This document shows, one piece after another, positions 13,151-27,800 of a stretch of 64,000 bases of DNA (positions are counted from its first letter, which is position 1; each line of letters begins with the position of its first letter). Both the position numbers and the translations under genes were made by a program. Source of the stretch: the human T2T-CHM13v2.0 reference genome, Homo sapiens. Under the pieces are notes generated by a model. That model was not told where the DNA came from and did not search any database. It worked only from the letters and a program-made list of their open reading frames with translations. The DNA lies in the NCBI RefSeq assembly GCF_009914755.1, contig NC_060929.1; one strand, written 5' to 3'.

Positions 13151-15118
13151 TTCTTTTGTATTGTCTTTGCTGATCTTTGGAGTTAGAGGAAAAACATAAG
13201 CTTATAAAAAACAGATCAAGCTTAGGGGAAAATTTAATGGATGAGGAAGTTAAAAAAATAAACAGACTGTTCAAGAGTTTTCTTGTTTCTCTTTTACAAG
13301 CTTAGTACACGTGTTTTAGTAGGTTCAGAGATTGTTTAGGGATCTGTTGAAGTTTTATTTATAATCTGTCACGTTGAGAGGTAAGGAAAGCAAGCAAATA
13401 TAAGCCCATGTGTACCATGCTTATAAAGAGAATAAATTAAAGTATATGAAACATTTAGAATCAACTGTTTTTTTTTAAAAAATTCATTTCTGACTACAAA
13501 GAAATGAGATTTTTTTAGATTATGACTATTTTCAAAATCATAGATAATTGTTGACTATAATTTTAAAATGTAAAGTTATTCAAGTTCTCTTTGTTATACT
13601 CCTTCTTTCCAGGAATAAAGTGAGTTAAATGTCTATTTGTCCCATATCTAGACTGTACAAGGAGAAAATGTTACAAACCTTCTATATTCTTTAGCTATGA
13701 GAAGTACTGTGTAGACTCATTTGCTACTCTCCAAGAATGTTAATGTGACAAATCTATAAATTCTTATCTCTCTCCATTTCACAATATTATAATTCTTTGC
13801 ATTTGACAGTCTTTTGATGAAAAATGGAAATAAAACTTTGTGAAATCAGGAGTCTATCCAATAGTTATTCTTAATGGGAAGGAGGGAATTTTGAAGAGTA
13901 AATGATTCCATTCTAGCAGACTCTCTGGATCATAAACCCTGACCTGAAATAACCTCCTCTAGTGATAAAGCACTGATTACATTTGCGCTTGCGCATAGGC
14001 AGTGGCATGGGATGTACTGCAAGAGTACAGGGAGAGTTACAGATAGGTGTAGTGGAAAGATAAGAGACGAGACACTGACAGAGTGAAAATTTGTGCAGAA
14101 TGTGGAGTCAGAACACAGCGTATGCTGTGGAAATTGAAGTAAAATAAATCTTTAGACCAGCAGCTAAAATGACACCTAGAGTGTTTCTTTCTTCAATACT
14201 CCTGAGCCCCAAAAGAAAACTGGAACTAAAACTATAAAAAGAGAAATACAAAGAATCATTACTAAACTTGGAGTTGTTACCTTGAAAAGGAAAAATGATA
14301 ACAACTTATAGCATTTCCCCTATATAGAACAAAGTGACAGTGGGGCTGTATGCCCATAACAGAAAGAAATGGACTATTGATCCAGGCTTGTGAGCCCTCT
14401 AAACAAGAGGATTAGATCACCACACAAATGATTGTGAAGACGGTTTGTCTGGAGACCCAACCTGTAGTGTAGATATTGGGTACTGAAACAGTAAGATAAA
14501 AAAAATGATGACCGTGGACAGAGAGTGAAAGGGAAGTAAAGAATGCATAATGTTTAGGACAGCCTATTAATGTATTTCTTATGTGGAGCCAAAAGCCTGC
14601 TTTCTGTTAAACCAAGTATAGAAAGCGTGCACATTGGTAAATTTCCTTACTTCAAGGAACAAACTATTGCATCAGCCTCCTGAGCCTAGTTCATACATAT
14701 GATTTAACACATAGCAGAAGATTAATTTCTGGGGACATTTCAGAATGAATTTCATTCCTTGGCAGAAAATGAACCTTAAGCCAGAAAGCACTAGAAACCT
14801 GATATTGGTGTCTGTCTACAGTCTGTTCATGGATTGGTATTGCATAATGCACATTTTCAGCTAAAGGCTTACTTATTTCCACCTCAACTGTTTACTTCTC
14901 ACTCCTGTTTCAGTACAACCACTCTTGTGTTAAGAAAATCTTCATACTGTAAGTCATCACTCACTCTGATCTCTTCCAAGTACACCCATTACATTAAAGT
15001 AGGCAAAAATAATACATCATACATGACAAATTCAAATTCAAAGTAGCTGAACGAATTCCTACAATAGTTCAATTAACCTGTGAATGTTTACATCAGTTAT
15101 GTACTTTTGTTAGGTGAG

Positions 15119-17407
15119 TGTATTAGTCCGTTTTCATGCTGCCTGCTGATAATGACGTACCTGAGACTGGGCAATTTACAACAGAAAGAGGTTTATTGGA
15201 CTTACAGTTCCACATCACTGTGGGGGCTTCACAATCATGGTGGAAGGCAAGAAGCAGCAAGTCACATCTTACATGGATGGCAGTAGACAAAGAGAGAGCT
15301 TGTGCAGGAAAACTTCCCCTTATAATAACCATCAGATCTCATGAGACTTACTCACTATCATGAGAACATCACAGAAAAGACCTGCCCCCGTGATTCACTT
15401 ACTTCCCACCAGTCCCTCCCACAACACATGGGAATTCAAGACAAGATTTGTGTAGGGAAACAGCCAAACCATATCATTCCACCCTTGGCCCCCACAAAGT
15501 CTCATGTTCTCACATTTCAAAATCAATCATGCCTTCTCAACAGTCTCCCAAAGTCTTAACTCATTTCAGCATTAACTCAAAAGTCCACAGTCCAAAATCT
15601 CATCTGAGACAAGGCAAGTCCCTTCCGCCTATGAGCCTGTAAAATCAAAAGCAAGTTAGATACTTCCTACATACAATGGGGTAGAGGCATTGAATAAATA
15701 AAGCCATTCCAAATGGGAGACATTGGCCAAAACAAAGGGGCTAAAGGCCCCATGCAAGTCTGAAATCCAGCAGGGCAGTCAAGTCTTAAAGCTCCAAAAT
15801 GATTTCCTTTGACTCTGTGTCTTACATTCAAGTTCACGCTGATGCAAGAGGTGGGTCCCCATGGTTTTAGGCAGCTCTGTCCCTGTGGCTTTGCAGGGTA
15901 CAGCCTCCCTCTTGGCTTCTTTCATGGGCTAGCATTGAGTGTCTGTGACTTTTCCAGGAACAAGGTGCAAGCTGTCATTGGATCTACCATTCTGGGGTCT
16001 GTAGGGTGGAGGCTCCCTTCTCACAGCTCCACTAGGTAGTACCCCAGTAGGGACTCTGTGTGGAGGCTCCGACCCCACATTTCCCTTCTGCACTGCCCTA
16101 GCAGAGGTTCTCCATTGAGGACACTACCACTGCAGGAAACTTTTGCCTGGGTATCCAGGCATTTCCATACATCCTCTGAAATCTAGGCAGAGATTCCCAA
16201 ATCTCAAGTCTTGACTTCTTTGCATCTGCAGTTTTAATGCCATGTGGAAGCTGCCAAGGCTTGGGGCTTCCACCCCCTGAAGCAAGAGACAAGAGCTTCA
16301 CCTTGGCCCCTTTTAGTCATGACTGGAGTGGCTGAGATGCAGGACACTAAGTCCCTAGACTGCACACAGCAAGGGGACCCTTGGCCTGGCCCACAAAACC
16401 ATTTTCTTCTAGGCCTCCGGGCCTGTGATGGGAGGGGCTGCTGTGAAGACATCTGACATGCCCTGAAGACATTTTCCCCATTGTGTTGGGATTAACGTTT
16501 GGCTCCTCATTACTTTTGCAAAATTTCTGCAGCCGGCTTCAATTTCTCCTCAGAAATTTTTTTTTTTCCTATCATATTGTCAGGCTGTAAATTTTCTTAA
16601 CTTTCATGCTTTGCTTTCCTTATGAAACTAAGTGCCTTTAACAGCACCCAAGTCACCTCTTGAATGCTTTGCTGCTTAGAAATTTCTTCCACCAGATACC
16701 CTAAATCATCTTTCTCTAGCTCAAAGTTCCACAGATCTCTAGGTCAGGGGCAACATGTCACCAAGTCTTTTTGCTAAAACATAACAAGAGTCACCTTTGC
16801 TCCAGTTCCCAACAAATTCCTCATTTCCATCTGAGACCACCTCAGCTTGAATCTTATTGCCCATATCACTATCAGGGTTTTGGTCAAATCCATTCAATAA
16901 GTCTCTAGGAAGTTCCAAACTTTCCCACATTTTCCTGTCTTCTACTGAACCCTCCAAAGTGTTCCAACCTCTGCCTGTTACCCTTTTCCAAAGTCACTTC
17001 CACATTTTTGGTTATCTTTTCAGCAACGCTCCACTCTACTGGTACCAATTTACTGCATTAGTTCGTTTTCATGCTGCTAATAGAGACATAACCGAAACTG
17101 GGGGATTTACAAAAGAAAGAGATTTATTGGACTTACAGTTCCACATAGCTGGGGAAGATTCACAATCATGGTGGCAGGCAAGGAAGAGCAAGTCACATCT
17201 TACATGGCTGGCAGCAGACAAAGAGAGAGCTTGTGCAGTAAAACTCCCCCTTATAATAACCATCAGATCTCATGAGACTTATTCACTATCATGAGAACAG
17301 CATGGGAAAGACCTGTCCCATGATTCAGTTACCTCCCACCAGGTGCCTCCTACAACACATGGGAATTCAAGATGAGATTTAGGTGGGGACACAGCCAAAC
17401 CATGTCA
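15119..17407 (-). mobile_element. Full-length THE1A-like MaLR element: 5' LTR 17054-17407, internal 15477-17053, 3' LTR 15119-15476
   Basis: Two ~355-bp LTRs flank a ~1.58-kb THE1-int with a broken ORF (MWESLELPRDLLNGFDQN...). 5-bp TSD gtgag at 15114-15118 and 17408-17412. Confidence 0.96.
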
Positions 17408-19122
17408 GTGAGGTGTATAAACCATACTGTTTGAGAAAAAGAGTCCTTTAAATCAGATCAATGTACAGTGAGTTTGCAGAAAGACATTGATTATTCTCCT
17501 TTACTGCTGAAAAGCCACAATCTTTTCCCATTAATTTTAAGCATTGTGTTATTATATATGCTATTTTTGGTAAAAAAAAAATAATTATTTTTAATTTGTT
17601 TTATTAGAGTCCTAGTGGGACAGATTCAGTCTCTTGAAAATTAAATGTTTGTTGTAAGTTAGTAACTTTATTATATAAATTGAATTTAACCAGTTACTGC
17701 ACTTTAGTATGTTTACCATACATGTAAGTCCCTCATCTTTCAAAATCAGCTTTTCCTGGGTTCATGGTATTCTGGAATTCTTAAGCTTTGTAATTCAAGC
17801 TTACGTAAAATTTTACCTTTGAAGAAAACACTGACTAACTCATACAAAAATATTATTGCTAGGCATACAGAAATATGTTATTTGATCACGATGTGATCAT
17901 CCGCAGTTGGAAAGCTCCTTACAAATCACTTCAAAATCAAGCTTTTTAAAAAAATCACTTGGTGAATATGTTATCAGCATTAAGTAATTCAACAATACAT
18001 TTTAACAAGTCATGGTAGCTTCCTCAGTCATCCTTCTCTAAAGGAGTATGCTTACCAGGGCAACAGGAAGATTTATGCTCACCAGTATGATAAATACTCT
18101 CCTTTAAAATATGTTAAAGACACCATAACAGCATATTGGTTTTTCCATTTATTCAGAATTAATGGTTTACAGAGTGCTCCATTTTGTGACATCCATCACT
18201 GTTTAGTATTTAACATTACTACTTCCCCTTTTTATCATGTTTTGATAACATGCCACAGTTTCCTACACTATCTTATGTTTTGCATTAATTATATTTCAGG
18301 ATGACTGCTTCCCAGAAGCATTTTGGGGAAGAGACAAGGCAACTAATTTCATAAAGAACACAAAATGCATTTTCTGTTGGGGAGCATTCCTGGTAATGTG
18401 ATGTAATCATCATTATAAGCTGTAATGTATACTCTTACTGAACATTGTTTCTTAAACCTTTTTCTCCTTTCCTTTGCACTACTTTCTCTCACCTCTGCCT
18501 TAACTTATTTTACTCCCTCTGTCCTCCTCACTCTTTCCACTCATTTGAAAAGTAAACTTGACAGCATATTTGTACAGCTTTCCATAGCTTGCAACCTATA
18601 TGTTTTCATTGCCAAATATTTGGAGACCTAAAACATTCTTCATTTCCTTTTATTTTTTTAATGGATGAAGGTGTGCATAAGTGCATGTTGATTATAGTTA
18701 GTCATAATTAATGTCCAATATTTAATGCCAAGATAAAGAAACTTTACCAAGTAGGTTACACTATATTAACTCACAGACCACGTGCTATAGAGAATGAAAG
18801 TACTCCGTGTTAGGTTACCTTTCTGAGTGTAACAAACTCTTAGTCCTTGGTGGGAAACATGAGGTAATCAAGACTGTATTCTCACTGACAAAGTTGGCAT
18901 TTGGAACCTAATTAAGAAACAGTCAAACAGCATTAAATTTTATAGAAGTAGCATAAAGTCCTGAAGTTTCAATGAATTATAATATCCCCTTGTCATTTTT
19001 GATTCTTACAGTAATCTCCATGGGTGCCTTCTCAGTCAGTCCTTTCTCAGACTCAATGTTGTGAGGCTGACCCAATTTCCTGTTGATAAAAATTATACTG
19101 AGGCAGGAGTTTTGTGCCTCAC

Positions 19123-19504
19123 TGATATGGTTTGGGTCTGTGTTCCCACTCAAATCTCATGTCAAATTGTAATCCTCAATGTTGGAGGTGGGGCCTGGTG
19201 GGAGGTGATTGGATCATGAGGGCAGATTTCCCCCTTGAGTGCTGTTCTCGTGATAGAGTTCTCACAACACCTGGTTGTTTAAATATGTGGAGCACCTCCC
19301 TCCTCTCTCTCTTCCTTCTGCTCTGGTCATGTGAAGACGTGCCTACTTCTTCTTTGCCTTCCACCACAGTTGTAAGTTTCCTAAGACACCCCAGCCTTGC
19401 TTCCTGTACAGCCTGCAGAACCATGAGCCAATTAAACCTCTTTTCTTTATAAATTTCCCAGTGTCAGACATTTCCTTGTAGCAGTGTGAGAATGGACTAA
19501 TACA
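19123..19504 (+). mobile_element. MSTA-like MaLR solo LTR
   Basis: TGATATGGTTTGG...aatgttggaggtggggcctggtgggaggtgattggatcatg...GACTAATACA. TSD ctcac at 19118-19122 and 19505-19509. Confidence 0.92.
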
Positions 19505-21459
19505 CTCACCTTTGCTTTTCTCATTGGCAAAGTGTGTTTTACAGTTTCTTGTTCAAGTAGATTGTGCTTCCTATTTAAAATCAAGTCCTTGAAGAGCCCT
19601 CTTCGGACCCAATTAGAAGTTAGTTTATTAGAAATATCCCTTGTGCTGAATTGACAGAAATTCTAAAAAATGGTTCTTTCTATTTGCTATATTGAATAAT
19701 CTGACTATAGCTATTAGTTCTCTACTCCAAGAAAAAAAGCACATATGAATGCACATTATATATGTTGTTACAATTCGACAATTTAAGGCTTCTCGATATG
19801 AAGCTTGAATTAAGTCTTCCAGCTCCCACATAGTAATAATTAAGTCCTCTGTGGAAAGCAAATACATAGCTTTGTATAAAAAGATGCTTTTTTCTTGGAA
19901 ATTCAGCCTAAAGTCTTTAGTGTGAAGAGACTATTCTGATTTGTAACAAATCAGAATACACAATTCAGAATTCCATCTTACAAATTCTATGTACTACAAA
20001 ACTCATATATGTAGATTTCAGACCTATATATCCAATGGCTCATTAGTCATTTATATCTGGGAGACTCATGATTACTTTGATTAAACAAAATCTGTTGGCA
20101 TAAAAACATATCTCTCCAAAGCCTGTCTATGTTTCTGCCTATAACACAAGGACTACGAAGTAAAAACCTTTTGCAAATAAGGGTGTATATTTAATGTTAG
20201 CTCTGCTAATGAAATGGCCTGGCTGAATATTTGAAAGTCATAGATATAATGAAGATTGTTTTCCCTCTTGTGGTTTCTGGAAACCCAGATTATACATAAA
20301 TGAATGTAGCAGTGGGCATCAACATTTCATTACTTGGTGACAGGCTACATGGATGTGAGAGATTGTGGTATGGACATTGGAGGTAGCAGCTGTGGTAGCT
20401 TTCTGATCCCCAGATCACAGCTACAGAAAAATGCCCCTGCAACCAACAGAGCAATGATCTTACGATTTTAGGCATATTTGGTCCTTTACATGACTTTTCA
20501 TGACTTATAAGCATTTAACTCTAAAATATATTTCTTTTCATTTGAACCACCTGGAGTGGTTTCTGTTTGCTATTTTCTGAAATAAACCCTGGCTGATAGA
20601 GGATTCTACAATGAATTTATGTCTATTTACTTATCTATTGCTAATTCAATGCTCCTTCAGTGTTTCCTGCTTCAGCAAATGGGCGGCAAACCACCCATGT
20701 AGCTGCATAAGTTAGCAACCCAGGAATCATGCATTCTTTCCTTTTTATCACCATCTCCATGTGTACTAAACACTACTAAGTTTTTATCATTGTCTTCTCT
20801 AACATTCATGAGAAAACATTAAGCCACGTTATCATATGGTCTACGCCTTTATCATTTTGCATGGATTAACTCCATTCCTGATCTTTGTTTTCCTTTTTGT
20901 TGCCACCAGATGGTTGTCTGAAGTTCCTGAAGCTACAAACTTCTATGGTAAACTCCAGCAAGAAAGAGGAAGAGTGAGAGAGAAAGAGAAAGAAATAGAA
21001 TACGTCTTAAATTAAAAAGTTCCGAAGTACAATCTCCTTTATTTGACCGCCCTGAATTGAGCCATGTGCCTACTTGTGGAGTTGTACTGTTCAGGAAGGT
21101 GAGATATGATAACTAGTTTAAATTCTACGGTCCAGGAAGATGGGATATGATGATTGGTTTAAATTCAACCCTTATTCAAGGACAGGACCAATGGAAGACA
21201 AATCATGGAATATGGGGTATTTTTCAAAACAGTAAATGGAGCAGAAATGCCCAATGTAGCTTCTTTATTCATTTACCTTCTTGTTTCCCCAGTGATATCT
21301 ATAAAATACAAATATGAACATGTCACTCTTCTTCTTAAATCCTGTCAATATCTACACATTTCTTTAAAGATTTATGTCCATATATCTTAGCAAAGCTAGC
21401 CCTTGCCTACTTTTTATTTTATATATGTCTAATTATCAAGTATCTAATAATGACACTAA

Positions 21460-21780
21460 TTAAAATAACTGCTACTTTATGGTTTTACTACATATGCCAG
21501 AGAAAATGCTAAATACTGCATAATAATAATAATCACTTTTACCTTCTTCAGTATGTTCTTATTCTTTATTTGCAAGTGAGGAAACAGGCAGAGATGCATG
21601 AGGCAATTTGAGCAAGTAATTATCAATAATTTAACAATTTATAATTTTATAAATTTTCATTTTATAAATGCAAACATGAACATGTTACTCTATCTTGATA
21701 AAAATAATTAGTAAATTCAAATTCTTGGGTTTTCTCACTATTCTCTTCTGTTCAACAACTGTTTGTTTCTGCCTAGCAGA
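21460..21780 (-). mobile_element. MIR SINE fragments
   Basis: tttatttgcaagtgaggaaacaggcagaga...aggcaatttgagcaag, the antisense MIR core. Confidence 0.6.
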
Positions 21781-22215
21781 GTATCTGGAAATAGAAGAAT
21801 CTTAGAAATAATCTAGTTTTTTTCTTTATATTTTATGTAAGGAAATAAGTTTATTAATGATAGCCTAATAAGCTAGTCTAAGCAAACATAATTGTCCCTT
21901 AAGACTCTGAAGGTGCTAGAGGAGATGGACAGAAGTGCCCATAATTAAAAAATATTTGTAAATTAGGCTAAATAATATATATGTTTATTACAATTTTAAT
22001 AGAAATAAAAGAGACAACACAAGTATAGTGCTTAGCACTATGCCACTCCTATTATTTAATGTATTACTTTAAACAATTGGTATTACAGTTTGAAAGTGAC
22101 AAATTGTGCATTAATATAGTTACAGAGCCAAAATACTTATTCTATAGATAAAGACACTCTGATGGTATTTGTGATTATTTTTACTGAACGCTGTTCTGGT
22201 GCAGCATATAAATAC

Positions 22216-22552
22216 TGCTATGGTGTGAATGTGTCCCTTCCGAAAGTCAGGTGTTGCTAATATGGTGGTATTAAGAGATGGGGCTTGTGAGAGGTGAATA
22301 GGCCATGATGGCTGCTCCTTCATCAGTAGGATTAACATCCCTGTAAAAGAGTACAGCAAGCTTCATGCGGCTAACCGACTAGCTTGCCCTTCTGCCTTCT
22401 GCTATGTGAGGACACAGCCAGAAGGCCCTCACCAAAGGCAAGTGACTTGACCTTGGACATTCAGCCTCCAGAATTATAAGAAAGAAATTTCTGTTATTTT
22501 AAATTACCCAGCTTCAGGTATTCTGTTATAGCAGCACAAAGAGACTAAGACA
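22216..22552 (+). mobile_element. MSTC/MSTD-like MaLR solo LTR
   Basis: TGCTATGGTGTGAATGTGTCCC...GACTAAGACA. TSD aatac/aatat at 22211-22215 and 22553-22557. Confidence 0.85.
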
Positions 22553-23790
22553 AATATCTGAAAAATTTAAATATCTACAGAAAGTCATCATGATGTACAT
22601 GAATTTGTGCAATATATTCTTGTTAGTATTAAAATCTTACTAAATATCAGCCTTTCTTCTGGTAATTACAAAAGAATAAATTCTTTCTAAGTAACTTTTT
22701 GAATACAGGTTGGATAAAATTTGGAATTTATCTTAGAATATTTTCTGATAATCTAGTAATGTGAAGCTCTCTAGTTATTTCTTTTCTGCCTCTTTGAAGT
22801 TACACTTGAATGCTCTTTTCCTGGAACTGATATTTTTCTTTACCTTTCTAAATAAGATGAAAAGAACAGACAGTGCTTTTCTCAGAGGTGGTTATATTTA
22901 TGATTTCCAATTCCAGCGTATTAGATATTCCCATACCAGAAGGTACTGTGACACTTGTCCAGTTTTTATTATATCAAACTAAGTTCCCAAACTGATTGTG
23001 TTTCCTTATTTGTAAAAGCATTACTCACTTAGGGGAACAAACTTCCTAGGCAATAAGGAAGAAAATATACATTTCATGTTTCATTTCACTTATTCAGTAA
23101 CATATTAAACCTTGATTACAAACATTCATTTTTTGGACTCATATTGCATCGCTTAATGCCAACTTAGGAAAAAATGGGCAATCTTAATCATACCTTTTGG
23201 CATACTAAATAGCACTTGGACAATATATAGCAAAATAGGGTAACAAATTTCAAATTTGTTACAATTATTATAATGGCTTCTTTTAGGGCTAATAATCCAT
23301 CCTGTTTCTCAGCAAATTAAATAATTAATCAAAGAGACTATCACATATTTAAGTCACTATACATGTAATACTTACAGAAATATATTTTCTATGTATATGT
23401 GTAAAATTACAAGATTTCAAACTGAAACCTAAAATAATTTGAATCATTACAGAATTAAATATACCTTAAAGGAAAAGGGTAATTCAAAAGTGGTGCCCAA
23501 ATCTATGTCTGATATTAAAACATAACATTTTCTTCCTATGACACAATATAAGATATAGCAAAAAATATAGTATAAGTCATCCCAAATTATACCAAACCTT
23601 CCTTTCAAGGATTTCTTAAATAAGAAACCTCCTTCAGAAATAGATATAAACTTTCCCTCTAGAGCGAAGGACAGACATGTTTCCTGTACATTATAAAAGC
23701 TCTGGGATCTCTAAGCTCATGGCTTCCCTCCTGTGATGTTATCCACTAGATGTGCAAGCGTCACATGTCCTTCTCTCCATTACACTGTGA

Positions 23791-24135
<345 letters not shown>

Positions 24136-24159
24136 TATTTTTCTATCTATTGTTATTAC

Positions 24160-24280
24160 TGTAGATAATGAAATCCTTTGTTCTCTGATCAAGGTGGGGC
24201 TAGTATTCTGCCAGCATCCATGAAACATGGTTGGCCAACTTGTTAGCTTGCAAGTAGGGTAATGATTCAGACCCTTCATA
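24160..24280 (-). mobile_element. Short ERV/LTR-derived fragment, family uncertain
   Basis: Minus strand tatgaagggtctgaatcattaccctacttgcaagctaacaagttggcc...tttcatggatgctggcagaa is a recurrent LTR-repeat text. Confidence 0.5.
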
Positions 24281-24923
24281 GTTCTTGATAATCTATGTTG
24301 ATAAGTTTATATACACATATATACACACAAAAAGACACATAGCATGTTTGAAGTGGTTCCAGAGATTATGTGAATATTCAGGGGAGGGCAGGAGTGACAA
24401 AGGAGAATGGGATCAAGGGAAATTATAAAAAGGCTGTTCAATAGTGTCTATAATGGCTTATCTTTTTAAAATCTGAATAAAATGGTAAATTACTAATTTG
24501 AGTGTTGGACTAATGGTTATTTGTTTTATTGTTTTCTATGCCTTTGCATACATTTTTAACATTTCATAATTAAAATTCTGAAATATGATTAAATCACATA
24601 TAATTTAATTCTGTTGTTGAGCAGATGGCTCCAGTCACCTAGTGTTGCATTAATTCATTATCTTACTCTGTTTTTAAGATAGACCTTTCAAAGGCTTATC
24701 AAACATAAAATGAAACTAGAATTAAAAAAAAAACTCCCTCCCAAAAAAAGGCCATTTTATCTTTAGACAATAGTCATTATTAGAAAGACCCTCTTTATTT
24801 TTACCCACAACTCTGTCTTGTAGCTCCCATCCATGTGACATTATTTTATTCCTGGGTTTATGTAGTCAACACCTTATACCTTTTTTTTACACCTGTGGTA
24901 TTGTGCAGGCAGGCGCACACGCA

Positions 24924-24924
<1 letters not shown>

Positions 24925-24956
<32 letters not shown>
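24925..24956. repeat. Perfect (AC)16 microsatellite
   Basis: Read directly from the sequence. Confidence 0.95.
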
Positions 24957-24959
<3 letters not shown>

Positions 24960-25629
24960 GTATCAGAAGTTGGAAAATGTCAGTTCAAGTGCAGAAGTTG
25001 CCATTTGTTAATTGTATAATGTAGTCTAAGGATAAGAACTCTGGTGACATGTATTTGCCTCAATTATAATTCTGGTATAATACCTGCCTTTTAGAACTTT
25101 TTTTTTTGGGGGGGTGGGGGGGATTGAGTTCATTTGCATGATGACTCTTTGTAAGTGTTAAAGTGCTGTAACAAACAGTACTTTTAAAGACAGTAGCCAT
25201 GCTCCCTTGCTTTTATCATCTCATTTTACTCCAAACTCCCTTTTGCTAGCCATTCAGCATAAGAGCTGCTTTAATATCCTTTCACCATCATGATCTTTCT
25301 CCCCTGAATATGCTGAGCAAAGGGCTGTCTTTAATACTACTTAAAATACAAACTCGAAAGAATTCAAGGACAGAAAAAAAGCAACATAGTATGAATAACT
25401 AACTTTAAAACTATGATAATCAATCATAAAAGGACAAACGCATTTATAGTTTCTTTTCCAATTACAAAGAAAAAAATATCATTTTAAAACATACCAAAGT
25501 GGTTTTTGTCTTGAATTAAAGCCAAAAATTCAAAAATTACAGTCAAGGAGACTCAAGGATTTATGAAATCTTATTTTTAGGATAAAGACAAAATGCAAAG
25601 CATGAACATAAATGTTAAGTCAGGAAAGA

Positions 25630-25830
25630 GCAGCATAGTTGAGAATCATGGCTTTGTAGTGAAACCCAGGTTCAAATATTGCCTCAGCTCTAGCTAGTCT
25701 ATACCTTTGTTTTCTCCTCTATAAGAGTATTGTAGGACTTTGTAATGACTACATGAGATATTTTCAAAGTACTAAACCCAGTGCTTCCCAAGCAAGCAAT
25801 TAATAATTAATGACATTATTATAAATTCAT
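25630..25830 (+). mobile_element. MIR SINE
   Basis: cagcatagttgagaatcatggctttgtagtgaaacccaggttcaaatattgcctcagc... Confidence 0.65.
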
Positions 25831-26476
25831 TTACATGCATGCCCTCACAAAGACATATCTCAAAGTTATACGGCCTGTGGATATCAATTCCAATTAATTG
25901 ATTCTGTGTCTTACCATTGAAAATTTATGGAAAATTTATTATTAATTGACCTTTCTTAAAAATTAGTTTCTCAACACTCTCTTTTTTCTTCAGTTTTATT
26001 GTAAACAGTTATAAAACTGTGCTTCAAGATTCCTAGGACTGAGATTTCTTTCTTTAAGAAATTCTGTCCCTCCCTAACACTTACTCATCAGGTGCCAGAT
26101 TAACCCTAAGTTTCTACACTATAATATAAATTAGGAGGCAATTTTATATTGAACTAGGCTATCTAAAATGTGAGCAAAAATTTCAGGCCACAGTTGTGAT
26201 ATTTATGATATTTTAACTAGTGAAGTTTAAAGACATACCATTTCTCTAAATAACTTTCATGAATACAAAACCCCTTTCCTTTAACCTTTTGCAGTATATT
26301 GCATGTACTCTACAGAGAAAGTTCAAAAATGATAGTGCCATCAATAACCATCGGTTTTATAATCCAGTATGTTTGTGAACAACACATTTCTGCGTTACAT
26401 CTTTGGCTACATGTAATCTAGTTTTCAGATTTCTTAAATTCATCTCATTAAAAATCTTTTCTTTTGCTATACATTT

Positions 26477-26526
26477 CCCTCCTCCTCGTCCTCCCTCCCT
26501 CCCTCCCCCTCCTCCTCCTCCTCCTC
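26477..26526. repeat. (CCT)n/(CCCT)n polypyrimidine tract
   Basis: Read directly from the sequence. Confidence 0.9.
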
Positions 26527-26685
26527 GACAGGTTAAATATTATTGAGGTGTTTTATGAAAATAAGACACATGAGTCCTATATAATGATAGGCATTCCTGC
26601 TCCATAAAAATCTAAATTGTCTAATAGGGTTCCAATGACAACCAATGGAACATTATCTTTATAATAAAACCTGATATAATGTTGA

Positions 26686-27001
<316 letters not shown>

Positions 27002-27639
27002 GCACATCAGTAAGTTTTTAAAGTAATTGGGCCTGGATCCTAATCTTGGGTAAGATACTAACTCTTTCAAAGACTCAGATTTCTCCTAGATAAAATAAAA
27101 TAGTTGAACTAGACTGGTGTATCCCAACTTTAATTTGTGTGTGTGTCACCCTTGTAATAGTTGAGACATCCATAATCATTTGTTAGTTTATTTACTTAAT
27201 ATTTTAGTTAATTTACTGTTTGATTACATATCTTTTAATACAAACTATAACATTCTACCATAAATGGAAAGCCAGCACTACTTTTTATTAATAGAAGACA
27301 ACCATAAAATCATAATTAAAATAGAGCTGGATTGTCTTGCACAGGCAAGACTCATTCTGTTGTTTGATCTCTCTTTGGGGAAAACGGATATTAGTTCTGT
27401 TAGAGCAGTGTCAAAGACAACTTGAATTAAATTATCTATTTACTAAACATAATCCAAATACTACTCAAAAGGGAGTTAGAAGGGAAATATCTTCTTCATT
27501 GGCATTTATTTAATACAGTGTCTGTCAGGGGCAAGCATCTCACCTGGTTCAGTGATTTCTCAATGTTTGCTCTCTCTGATGGCCAATGCTCCTAGGATTT
27601 GTAATTGCCGGGAAATTTTAGGTGTGCTAATTATAATGA

Positions 27640-27800
27640 TGTTAGTAGTGATAATTATTTAGCTAAATGTGTTGAGCTCTTATTATGTGCCAGATAATAG
27701 TCAAAGCACTTCATATGTTTTTACCATTTAAACCTCATAAGTTTATAAAATAGGTGCTATTATAATCTATATTATAAACAAAGAAAAGAAGACTAATCGA
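27640..27800 (-). mobile_element. MIR SINE fragment
   Basis: agctaaatgtgttgagctcttattatgtgccagata...catttaaacctcataa...ataggtgctattat. Confidence 0.65.

Noticed and set aside
16739-16957. THE1-int ORF fragment
   Set aside because: Remnant of the known MaLR internal ORF, interrupted.
18050-18110. Minus-strand acceptor with two good donors (CTG|GTGAGC and CTG|GTAAGC)
   Set aside because: Weak pyrimidine tract and 19- or 46-nt products with no other support.
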